From Solirubrobacteraceae bacterium (GTDB lineage: Bacteria > Actinomycetota > Thermoleophilia > Solirubrobacterales > Solirubrobacteraceae), in contig JADGIB010000001.1 of assembly GCA_019683665.1 (NCBI GenBank), positions 1 through 43,771 of the forward strand: 43,771 nucleotides of DNA. The letters are read 5' to 3'. A model generated the notes under the pieces. That model was not told where the DNA came from and made no database searches. It saw only the letters and a list, made by a program, of their open reading frames with translations. Shown here piece by piece: positions 1 to 7,689 of the stretch (the stretch's first letter is position 1; each line of letters opens with the position of its first letter). Position numbers and translations under genes: made by a program.

Positions 1-326
1 CCGCCGGGCGCGCCGGGGGGCGGGGGGGCCGGGGCGGGGCGGCGCCGCCGCCCCCCCCCCCGGGGGGCGTCGCCGCCGCGCCGGCGACGCGCAGCGTGCG
101 CTTCCCGGCGTTCGGGCGCCACGAGGCGGCCGTCCACCGTCTCGACGAGCTGGGCGCCGGCGCCGTCGTCGCCGGGCCGGCGATCGTCGAGTCCCCGTTC
201 ACCACCGTCGTCGTCGAGCCGGGCGGCTCGGTCGAGCGCGCGCCGTCGGGCTCGCTGCTGCTGCGCCCGGCCGCCTCGGCGACGGACGAGCCGACGAGGA
301 GCACCGGTGCCGCCCACCACGCCTGA
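1..326 (+). CDS. Hydantoinase/oxoprolinase A subunit, C-terminal fragment (5'-partial)
   Basis: Translation ...GAVVAGPAIVESPFTTVVVEPGGSVERAPSGSLLLR matches the typical GPAIVE..TTVVV.PG C-terminus of hydantoinase A proteins. It overlaps the hydantoinase B gene. The first ~70 nt are A/T-free and probably low quality. Confidence 0.75.
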   Translation, partial: AGRAGGRGGRGGAAPPPPPPGGVAAAPATRSVRFPAFGRHEAAVHRLDELGAGAVVAGPAIVESPFTTVVVEPGGSVERAPSGSLLLRPAASATDEPTRSTGAAHHA

Positions 327-2097
327 GGCGACCGGCCGCGACGGTCTGCGGCTGGCGCTCATGAACAACCGCTTCGAGGGGATCGTCCGCGCGATGATGA
401 ACACGCTGCTGCGCTCGGCGCGGTCGGCGATCCTCAACACCGCGCGCGACTTCTCCTGCTGCGTCCTCACCGCCGACGACCAGATGCTGGCGATGGCGGA
501 GTCGCTGCCGATCCACGTCATGAGCGGGCCCGACCTCATGGCCCGCCACATGCGCGAGACCCATCCGCAGCTGCGCGCCGGCGACGCCTTCCTGAACAAC
601 TCGCCCTACCACGGCAACTCGCACGCGGCCGACTGGTCGCTGCTCGTCCCGGTCATCGACCGCGACGGCGTCCACCGCTTCACCGTCCTGGCCAAGGCCC
701 ACCTCGCCGACTGCGGCAACTCGGTGCCGACGACCTACTCGGCCGGCGCCCGCGACGTCTACGAGGAGGGCGCGCTCATCTTCCCGTGCGTCCAGGTCCA
801 GCGCGACTACGCCGACGTCGAGGACGTGCTGGAGATGGCGCGCGTGCGCATCCGCGTCCCCGAGCTCTGGTACGGCGACTTCCTCGCCCTCGTCGGCGCG
901 GCGCGCATCGGCGAGCGGCGGCTGCTCGAGCTCCTCGACGAGGTCGGCGCCGACGCGATCGCCGAGTACCAGCGCGACTGGTTCGACTACAGCGAGCAGC
1001 GCTTCGCCGAGGCCGTCGCGCGCATGCCCGCCGGCACCGCGACGGTCCGCGGCCGCCACGACCCGGTCCCGGGCGCGCCCGACGGCATCGAGCTGCAGGT
1101 CACGGTCACCGTCGACCCGGACGCCGGGCGCATCTCCGTCGACCTGCGCGACAACCCCGACTGCCAGCCGTGCGGCCTCAACCTCACCGAGGCGACGGCG
1201 CGGACCGCGGCGATGATCGGCGTCTTCACCGCGCTCAACGACGACGTGCCGCCGAACGCCGGCAGCTTCCGCCGCCTCGACGTCGCGCTGCGCGAGAACT
1301 GCGTCGTCGGCATCCCGCGCCACCCGCACAGCTGCTCGGCGGCGACGACGAACCTCTCGGAGCTGACCGCCAACCTCGTCACCGGCGCGATCGCCCAGCT
1401 CGGCGAGGGCTTCGGCATGGCCGCCACCGGCCGCTGCCAGCCGCCCTCCTGCGGCGTCGTCTCCGGCACGGACCCGCGCGACGGCAACGCCTTCGTCAAC
1501 CAGCTCATGCTCGCGTGCACCGGCGGCGCCGGCGGCCCCCACGCCGACGGCTGGCTGACGACGCTCGGCATCGGCGCGGCCGGGTTCCTCCTGCGCGACA
1601 GCGTCGAGATCGACGAGATGAAGTACCCGATCCGGGTGCGCGAGCAGCGGCTGCTGCCCGACAGCGAGGGCGCCGGCCGCCGGCGCGGCTCGCCGGGCGC
1701 CTACGTCGAGTACGAGCCGGTCGGCTGCGCGATGAACGTCGTCTACCTGTCGGACGGCACCTTCAACGCCCCGGCCGGCGTGCGCGGCGGCGCCGACGGC
1801 ACGTGCGCGCAGCAGCGCAAGCGCTTCGCCGACGGCAGCCTCTCCGACGAGCTGGGCGCCTACGCCCGGGTCACGCTCGAGCCGGGCGAGTCGATCGTGT
1901 CCGTCTGCTGCGGCGGGGCCGGCTACGGCTCGCCGCTGGAGCGCGAGCCCGAGCGCGTCGCCGCCGACGTCCGCGAGGGCCTCGTGACGCCCGAGCGCGC
2001 CCGCTCCGTCTACGGCGTCGTCGTCGACGCCGACGGGACGCTCGACGAGCCCGCCACCACGGCGCTCCGCGCCACCCTGGGAGGAGCAACCGCATGA
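307..2097 (+). CDS. Hydantoinase B/oxoprolinase family protein (ATP-dependent lactam hydrolase subunit)
   Basis: 596 aa. Motifs: LLRSARSAILNTARDFSC, NSPYHGNSHAADW, AHLADCG, EEGALIFP, DSEGAGRRRG, GGAGYGSPLERE. GAGGAG RBS at 296-301 before GTG. Confidence 0.92.
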   Translation: MPPTTPEATGRDGLRLALMNNRFEGIVRAMMNTLLRSARSAILNTARDFSCCVLTADDQMLAMAESLPIHVMSGPDLMARHMRETHPQLRAGDAFLNNSPYHGNSHAADWSLLVPVIDRDGVHRFTVLAKAHLADCGNSVPTTYSAGARDVYEEGALIFPCVQVQRDYADVEDVLEMARVRIRVPELWYGDFLALVGAARIGERRLLELLDEVGADAIAEYQRDWFDYSEQRFAEAVARMPAGTATVRGRHDPVPGAPDGIELQVTVTVDPDAGRISVDLRDNPDCQPCGLNLTEATARTAAMIGVFTALNDDVPPNAGSFRRLDVALRENCVVGIPRHPHSCSAATTNLSELTANLVTGAIAQLGEGFGMAATGRCQPPSCGVVSGTDPRDGNAFVNQLMLACTGGAGGPHADGWLTTLGIGAAGFLLRDSVEIDEMKYPIRVREQRLLPDSEGAGRRRGSPGAYVEYEPVGCAMNVVYLSDGTFNAPAGVRGGADGTCAQQRKRFADGSLSDELGAYARVTLEPGESIVSVCCGGAGYGSPLEREPERVAADVREGLVTPERARSVYGVVVDADGTLDEPATTALRATLGGATA

Positions 2098-2441
2098 GCC
2101 AGACCCGTGTCCTCTTCTGCATCGGCGTCCTGCCCGCGTTCTTCGAGGCCGACGCCGAGGAGCGGCAGGCCGCGATGGAGGCGATCCCGCCGGCGTTCGA
2201 CGACCTCGCCGGCCGGTTCGGCATCACCGTGCTCGGCACGTTCGACGACGACCGGCTGATGGTCGGCCCGTCGCCGTCGTGGCCGTGGACCTCCTACATC
2301 CTCGCCGACGTGCCCGACCTCGACGCGGCGATCCGCCTCTGCGACGTCGTCCGCAGCACCGAGGTCGGCGAGCACCGGCTCTGGCGCTATCTGCGCATCG
2401 AGGCCCGCGTCGGCCGGGAGCTGTTCTTCGGCAATGCCTGA
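2094..2441 (+). CDS. IacB-like protein (small protein family of indole-3-acetate catabolism clusters)
   Basis: 115 aa: MSQTRVLFCIGV...GTFDDDRLMVGPSPSWPWTSYILADVPD...LWRYLRIEARVGRELFF. From memory this matches IacB motifs RVLFCIG, DDD.xMVGPS..WPWT.Y.LADVPD and LWRY..IEARVGR. ATGA overlap with the upstream gene and GGAGGAG RBS. Confidence 0.78.
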   Translation: MSQTRVLFCIGVLPAFFEADAEERQAAMEAIPPAFDDLAGRFGITVLGTFDDDRLMVGPSPSWPWTSYILADVPDLDAAIRLCDVVRSTEVGEHRLWRYLRIEARVGRELFFGNA

Positions 2442-4017
2442 GCCGGTCGCGGCGGCCACCGCCCTGCGGGCGCTGCCGGCGACCGAGCGCACGCTGCCGG
2501 CGCTGCTCGAGCGCCAGGCGCGCGAGCACGGCGACCGGCCGCTGCTGGCGATCGGCGGCGAGCGCCGCAGCCACCGGGAGATGCGCGACGCGGTCGCCCG
2601 GGCCGCCGGCGCGCTGCGGGCCGTCGGCATCGGCCGCGGCGACCGGGTGGCGATGCTCTGCGCCAACCACGCCGAGCTGCTCGACGCCGTCCTCGGCTGC
2701 GCCTGGATCGGCGCCATCGCCGTGCCGCTGAACACCGCCGCGCGCGGCGAGCAGCTGCGCCACATGCTCCACGACGCCGACCCGCGGCTCGTGCTCGTCG
2801 ACGCCGACCTGCGCGACGTCCTCGACACGATCGCGCCGTGGCCGGCCCACGAGGCGACCTGGGTCGTGGGCGGCGCGCCGGCGGAGGCGCCGCCGCGCGA
2901 CGCCGCGCCGGTCCCGCCGGCGCCCGTCGGCCCCGGCGACCCGATGGTCGTCCTCTACACCTCCGGGACGACCGGGCCGTCGAAGGGCGTCGTCTGCCCG
3001 CACGCGCAGTTCTTCTGGTGGGGCGTGCTCGTCGGCGAGCACCTGGAGATCGGCGCCGACGACGTGCTCTTCACCTGCCTGCCGCTCTTCCACACGAACG
3101 CCCTGAACGCGTTCTTCCAGGCGCTCGTGGCCGGCGCGTCGATCGCGATCGTGCCGCGCTTCTCGGCCTCGCGCTTCTGGCGGCAGGCGGCCGAGGCGGG
3201 CGCGACCGTGACGTACCTGCTCGGGGCGATGGTGAACATCCTCTGCTCGCGCGAGCCCACGCCCGAGGAGCGCGGGCACCGCGTCCGCGTCGCCCTCGCC
3301 CCGGCCACCCCGGCGCACCTGCACGCGGCCTTCCGCGACCGCTTCGGGGTCACGCTCGTCGAGGGCTACGGCTCGACCGAGACGAACCTCGTCATCTGCG
3401 CCCGGCCCTCCGAGCAGCGCCCGGGGCTGCTGGGGCGCGTGCTCGACGAGTTCGAGGTCGCGGTCGTCGACGAGCACGACGCGCCCGTCCCCGACGGGGA
3501 GGCCGGCGAGCTGCTCGTGCGCCATCGCGAGCCGTTCAGCGTCGCCAACGGGTACTTCGGGCTCCCCGGCAAGACGGCCGAGGCGTGGCGCAACCTGTGG
3601 TTCCACACCGGCGACCGGGTCGTGCGCCAGCCCGACGGCTGGCTGCGCTTCCTCGACCGCACGAAGGACGCGATCCGCCGCCGCGGCGAGAACATCTCGT
3701 CGTTCGAGGTCGAGCAGGCGATCGCCTCGCACCCGGCGGTCGCGGCGGTCGCCGTCTTCCCGGTGCCGTCGGAGATGGCCGAGGACGAGGTCATGGCCGC
3801 CGTCGTGCCCCGGCCCGGCCACGCGCTGGCGCCGGTCGACGTCGTGCGCCACTGCGAGGGCCGGCTCGCCTACTTCGCGATCCCCCGCTACGTCGACGTC
3901 GTCGACGACCTGCCGCGCACCGAGAACGGGAAGATCCGCAAGGCGGCGCTGCGCGAGGCGGGCGTGACCCCGACGACCTGGGACCGCGAGGCGGCCGGCT
4001 ACCGGCTCGCCCGCTGA
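2434..4017 (+). CDS. ATP-dependent acyl-CoA ligase (CaiC/crotonobetaine-CoA ligase-like ANL enzyme)
   Basis: AMP-binding motifs LYTSGTTGPSKG, YGSTE, WFHTGD, DRTKDAIRRRGENISSFEVE, PRTENGKI. Confidence 0.92.
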   Translation: MPEPVAAATALRALPATERTLPALLERQAREHGDRPLLAIGGERRSHREMRDAVARAAGALRAVGIGRGDRVAMLCANHAELLDAVLGCAWIGAIAVPLNTAARGEQLRHMLHDADPRLVLVDADLRDVLDTIAPWPAHEATWVVGGAPAEAPPRDAAPVPPAPVGPGDPMVVLYTSGTTGPSKGVVCPHAQFFWWGVLVGEHLEIGADDVLFTCLPLFHTNALNAFFQALVAGASIAIVPRFSASRFWRQAAEAGATVTYLLGAMVNILCSREPTPEERGHRVRVALAPATPAHLHAAFRDRFGVTLVEGYGSTETNLVICARPSEQRPGLLGRVLDEFEVAVVDEHDAPVPDGEAGELLVRHREPFSVANGYFGLPGKTAEAWRNLWFHTGDRVVRQPDGWLRFLDRTKDAIRRRGENISSFEVEQAIASHPAVAAVAVFPVPSEMAEDEVMAAVVPRPGHALAPVDVVRHCEGRLAYFAIPRYVDVVDDLPRTENGKIRKAALREAGVTPTTWDREAAGYRLAR

Positions 4018-4042
4018 CCGGCGCCGGGGCCGCGCCCGCCGG

Positions 4043-4681
4043 TCAGCGCATCAGCAGCCCGCCGTTGACGTCGAAGGTCGCGCCGGTGATCGACGCGGCC
4101 GCGTCCGTGCACAGGTGGCGGACGACCGCCGCCACCTCCTCGGGCCGGCCGGCGCGCCCGACCGGGATGCGCTCGATCGCCGCCGCGACGCGCTCCGGCG
4201 GCATCGCGTCCATCGCCGGGCCGGCGATCGCCGCCGGGGCGACGCAGTTCACGGTCACGCCGTGCGGGGCGAGCTCGGCGGCGACGATCTTCGTGAGCAC
4301 GCCGATGCCGGCCTTCGACGCGGCGTAGTGGGCGCCGGCGACGAGCCCGCCCGCCTGGCCGGCCAGGGACCCGAGGTTCACGATCCGCCCCGCGCCCCGC
4401 TCGCGCAGCCGGGCGCCGACGACCTGGCAGCCGAACAGGACCGACCGCAGGTTCACGGCGAGCACGTCGTCCCACTCGTCGGCCGGGATGTCCCAGAACG
4501 GCCGCGACACGGTGCGGGCGGCGTTGTTGACGAGGATGTCGACGTCGCCGAAGCGCTCGGTCGCCACCGCGAGCGCCCGCTCGAACGCGGCCCGCTCGCG
4601 GACGTCGACGCCGACGGCGGCCGCCCGCTCGCCGAGCTCGTCGGCGAGCGCCTGCGCCGGCTCGAGCGCGAGGTCGGCGAC
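4043..4681 (-). pseudogene. SDR oxidoreductase (FabG-like), 5'-truncated; lacks the TGxxxGIG Rossmann motif
   Basis: The frame extends upstream of the listed ORF as VADLALEPAQALADELGERAAAVGVDV...DILVNNAA...YAASK...NCVAP...FDVNGG. Similarity stops at ~4681, with no N-terminal glycine motif. Confidence 0.75.
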
Positions 4682-4800
4682 GTCTCGGTACGACGCTCGA
4701 CGGCCGGATGGCGCTCGTAGCGTGCCTGACCGGCGCCGACGATCACGGGCGCCGGGCGCGTCGTCCCCGACGCGGCGTTCGGCTGTCGTGGAGCAGGCAC
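4682..4800 (-). pseudogene. N-terminal remnant of a probable thiolase-family gene fused out of frame to the SDR
   Basis: GTG at 4800 directly after a consensus promoter gives MPAPRQPNAASGTTRPAPVIVGAGQARYERHPAVERRTE. This resembles the 'IVGxG...Y.RHP' start of thiolase-like proteins. The frame becomes nonsense after ~4682. Confidence 0.45.
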
Positions 4801-4807
4801 GGACAGG

Positions 4808-4836
4808 ACCCTACGAGATCTATGATCAAATGTCAA
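4808..4836 (-). promoter_or_regulatory. Primary-sigma promoter TTGACA-N17-TAGGGT for a leaderless transcript, with candidate operator in the spacer
   Basis: Minus strand: TTGACA (4836-4831), 17-nt spacer, TAGGGT (4813-4808), 7 nt, then GTG at 4800. The spacer contains GATC-N3-GATC. Confidence 0.75.
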
Positions 4837-4843
4837 ACCACGC

Positions 4844-5566
4844 CTAGGGCGTGGGAAGAAGCCGTGCGAGCTCCGGCACCGAGTCGTCGCCGTCGTTGCG
4901 GCGCAGGCTCTCGGCGACGATGTCGATCGTCGTCCGCAGGTGCATCGTCAGCAGCCGGGCGGCGGCGTCCGCGTCGTGCGCGATGAGCGCCTCGAGCATC
5001 TGCTCGTGCTCGGCGGCGCGCGCCTTCACGTGCTCGGGATGGCGCATCGACTCGACGCGGTAGCGCTCGCTGTTGCGCCAGGCCGGGCCGATCGAGCGCA
5101 CGAGCCACTCCGAGCCGCAGGCCCGGTACATGGCGAAGTGGAAGCGCTCGTGCGCGTGCCGGGACGCCACGCGGTCGCCGCGGCCCCCGGCCTCCAGGTA
5201 CTCGTCGAGCGCCTGGCGCGCCTCGCGCGCGTGCTCGGCGGTGAAGCGCGTCGCCGCGGTCCGCATCGCCAGGCACTCGAGGTTGATCCGCGTGAAGTAC
5301 GTGTCGTAGAGGTCCTCGATCGTCAGCGCCCGCACCCAGGCGCCCTTGTGGGCCACGATCTCGACCAGGCCGAGGCCCTCCAGGCGCCGCAGGGCCTCGC
5401 GGACCGGCATGATGCTCATGCCGAGCTGCGAGGCCAGCTCCTGGAGGCGGAGGGGCGCCCCCGGCGGGATCGCCCCGTCCATGATCGCGTCGAAGAGCGC
5501 CGCCTCGGCCTGGTCGCCCGCCGTCTGGCGGCTGGGGCGGACGATGCGCTGTTCGGTCTGACTCAC
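4844..5566 (-). CDS. GntR family (FCD domain) transcriptional regulator
   Basis: AIMDGAIPPGAPLRLQELASQLGMSIMPVREALRRLEGLGLV wHTH, plus FCD features FH and EHEQMLEAL. GTGA overlap with the FAH stop codon. Confidence 0.9.
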   Translation of the reverse strand: MSQTEQRIVRPSRQTAGDQAEAALFDAIMDGAIPPGAPLRLQELASQLGMSIMPVREALRRLEGLGLVEIVAHKGAWVRALTIEDLYDTYFTRINLECLAMRTAATRFTAEHAREARQALDEYLEAGGRGDRVASRHAHERFHFAMYRACGSEWLVRSIGPAWRNSERYRVESMRHPEHVKARAAEHEQMLEALIAHDADAAARLLTMHLRTTIDIVAESLRRNDGDDSVPELARLLPTP

Positions 5567-6450
5567 GTGAGCACCGTAGCCGCGACGCGGTTGCGCAGCT
5601 CGCCGAGCCCCGAGACCCGCGTGACGAGCTCGTCGCCGTCCTTCAGGAAGACCGCCGGCTCGCGGGCGTTGCCGATCCCGCTCGGCGTCCCGGTGAGCAG
5701 GACGTCGCCGGCCCGCAGCGTCATCCCCCAGCTCAGCTCGGCGATGAGCCGCTCGAACCCGAAGGCCATCTGCGCCGTCGAGGCGTCCTGCATCCGCTCG
5801 CCGTTCAGGTCGCACGTGATGCGCAGGTCGTACGGGTCCTCGACCTCGTCGACCGTCGTGATCCACGGCCCGAGCGGCATCGTCCGGTCGATGCTCTTGC
5901 CCTTCAGCCACTGCCCGCCGTGGGCGCGCTGCAGATCCCGCTGGGAGACGTCGTTGGCGACGCAGAAGCCGAAGACGTGCTCCCAGGCGCGCTCCTCGGG
6001 GATGGAGCGGCCATCCTGTCCAATCACGATCACCACTTCCGCTTCATAATCCCATTTCGCCGAGACGTCGGGATCGAACGCGATCGGGGCGTGGGGGCCG
6101 ATGACCGTGTCGGGCCCCTTCGTGAAGAACGTCGGATGGTCGGGAGCGCGCTCGGGGTCCTGCCCCTCGCGCTTGCCGCGCGACTCCTCGAAGTGGTCGT
6201 GGTAGTTCCACCCGGTGCAGAGGACGTCGCGGTTGAACCGCGTCAGCGGCGGGCCCAGCTCGGCCCGGGCCGTCGGCACGCGGCGCGCGCCGGCCACCGC
6301 CGCCGCGGCCGCGTCGAGCGCGGCGCGCCCGCCGCGCACGAGGTCGTCCACCGTGCCGACCTCCGCCGGCAGGAGCGCGAGCTCGGCGCCGTCGCCGAGG
6401 ACGGCCGCCGTGTGCCACGCGCCGTCGACGCGCGCGCGGGCGAGCCTCAT
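5563..6450 (-). CDS. Fumarylacetoacetate hydrolase family protein
   Basis: CTGWNYHDH, PTFFTK, DYEAEV, ANDVSQRDLQ, WLKGKS, PLGPWI, GDVLLTGTPSG. Confidence 0.93.
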   Translation of the reverse strand: MRLARARVDGAWHTAAVLGDGAELALLPAEVGTVDDLVRGGRAALDAAAAAVAGARRVPTARAELGPPLTRFNRDVLCTGWNYHDHFEESRGKREGQDPERAPDHPTFFTKGPDTVIGPHAPIAFDPDVSAKWDYEAEVVIVIGQDGRSIPEERAWEHVFGFCVANDVSQRDLQRAHGGQWLKGKSIDRTMPLGPWITTVDEVEDPYDLRITCDLNGERMQDASTAQMAFGFERLIAELSWGMTLRAGDVLLTGTPSGIGNAREPAVFLKDGDELVTRVSGLGELRNRVAATVLT

Positions 6451-6848
6451 GCGTCGTCCACCACCGCGATGGCGTTGATCTCGATGAGGTAGTCCTTGTT
6501 GACGAACTTCGAGACCTCGACCATCGTCGACGCGGGCGGGACGCCGGTGAAGTACTGGCGCCGGACCTCGTGGATGGCGTCGAAGTCCTCCATGTTGCGG
6601 ACGTAGACGTCGACGCGCACGATGTCGTCGAGCGTGCCGCCCGCCGCCTCGACGGCGGCCTTCAGGTTCTGGCAGACCTGATGGGTCTGGGCGCGCACGT
6701 CCCCGACCCCGGTCACCCCGCCCTCGCGGTTGCGGGCGGTCATGCCGGAGATGAAGACGAGCCGGCCGCGCGCCGGCGCCATCGTGGCCTGGGCGAAGTG
6801 GCCGTTGGGCTCGGCGAGCTCGGGCGAGACGATCTCCTGCTTGGGCAT
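6447..6848 (-). CDS. Rid (YjgF/YER057c/UK114) family protein, Arg-less type
   Basis: 133 aa MPKQEIVS...VFISG...AQTHQVCQNLKAAVEAAGGTLDDIV...PPASTMVEV...IEINAIA. Overlaps both neighbours. Confidence 0.88.
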   Translation of the reverse strand: MPKQEIVSPELAEPNGHFAQATMAPARGRLVFISGMTARNREGGVTGVGDVRAQTHQVCQNLKAAVEAAGGTLDDIVRVDVYVRNMEDFDAIHEVRRQYFTGVPPASTMVEVSKFVNKDYLIEINAIAVVDDA

Positions 6849-7327
6849 CAGCGGGCGTCCTCCTCGCTGGTGTACCAGTCGGGTTGGGTCGGGTAGTGCG
6901 GGCCGTCGTAGACCTCCAGGAGCACCGAGTCCTCCTCGGCGCGGGTCGGCCCGTGGAGGCTGCCCTTCGGGTTCCAGTAGAAGGACCCCGGGGTCAGCGT
7001 GATGCCCGTCGGCAGGTACGTGTACCGGCCGCTCAGGCAGAACATGAACTGGTTGGAGGCGTGGGCGTGGCGCGACGGGACGCCGGACCCGGCCTTGAAG
7101 CGCACGAGCGCGATCGACGCCCCGGTCTCGTCGTCGCGCCAGAGCATCTTCTGCGAGAGGCCGGCGAGCGTCTTGTCGATCCACTCGAGGTCGTCGACGT
7201 GCAGCAGCACCTCGCGGTAGCGGTCCAGGAGCCCGGGCTCGGCCGCGGGGACGCGGGCCCGCTCGGGCGCCTCCCCGGAGTAGGCGCCCGGCTCGGACAG
7301 GTTCTCCGGGTTCTCGGGCTCGGTCAC
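6848..7327 (-). CDS. Cupin domain protein (ChrR/cupin_7-like, possible dioxygenase)
   Basis: 159 aa from GTG 7327. Cupin motifs GVPSRHAHASNQFMFCLSG and PGSFYWNPKGSLHGP. Confidence 0.8.
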   Translation of the reverse strand: MTEPENPENLSEPGAYSGEAPERARVPAAEPGLLDRYREVLLHVDDLEWIDKTLAGLSQKMLWRDDETGASIALVRFKAGSGVPSRHAHASNQFMFCLSGRYTYLPTGITLTPGSFYWNPKGSLHGPTRAEEDSVLLEVYDGPHYPTQPDWYTSEEDAR

Positions 7328-7689
7328 CTGACCTCCTCGTCCATCGGCAGGTCGAGGCACTTCAGCTCGATCAGCCGGCTGCGGTACCGCGTCGTCCCCT
7401 CGTTCGTGAGCATGTGGGGGGCTCCGATGTTGCGGAAGACGACCCGGCCGACCGTCTCGTGCATGTGCCGCGGCGGGCGGCCGTCGAGGAAGTCCATCCG
7501 GTTGTGGGCCTCCTCGATCGCGATGACGAGATAGGGGTGGTGGTGGCGGTGCCACGGCTGGACCTCGCCCGGCTCGAGCAGGACCTCCCACACGCGCACG
7601 TGGTCGTTCTCGTAGACGATCGACGTGCCGACGTCGCCGAGCACGACCTCCTCGCCCTCGGGGCCGGTGACGACCTCACCGCTTTCCAT
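7324..7689 (-). CDS. Small cupin domain protein
   Basis: YENDHVRVWEVLLEPGEVQPWHRHHHPY...PHMLTNEG is a typical cupin_2 signature. Confidence 0.82.
   Translation of the reverse strand: MESGEVVTGPEGEEVVLGDVGTSIVYENDHVRVWEVLLEPGEVQPWHRHHHPYLVIAIEEAHNRMDFLDGRPPRHMHETVGRVVFRNIGAPHMLTNEGTTRYRSRLIELKCLDLPMDEEVR

Noticed and set aside
1-70. A/T-free G/C homopolymer-rich stretch (possible G-quadruplex or repeat)
   Set aside because: It lies at the sequence edge inside an expected coding region and looks like low-quality base calls at a contig end.
4453-4836. 127-aa ORF as a real gene, or a programmed frameshift producing a full SDR
   Set aside because: Its TTG start is the -35 box and the part after ~4682 is off-frame SDR sequence. 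There is no slippery site, and the upstream peptide does not supply TGxxxGIG.
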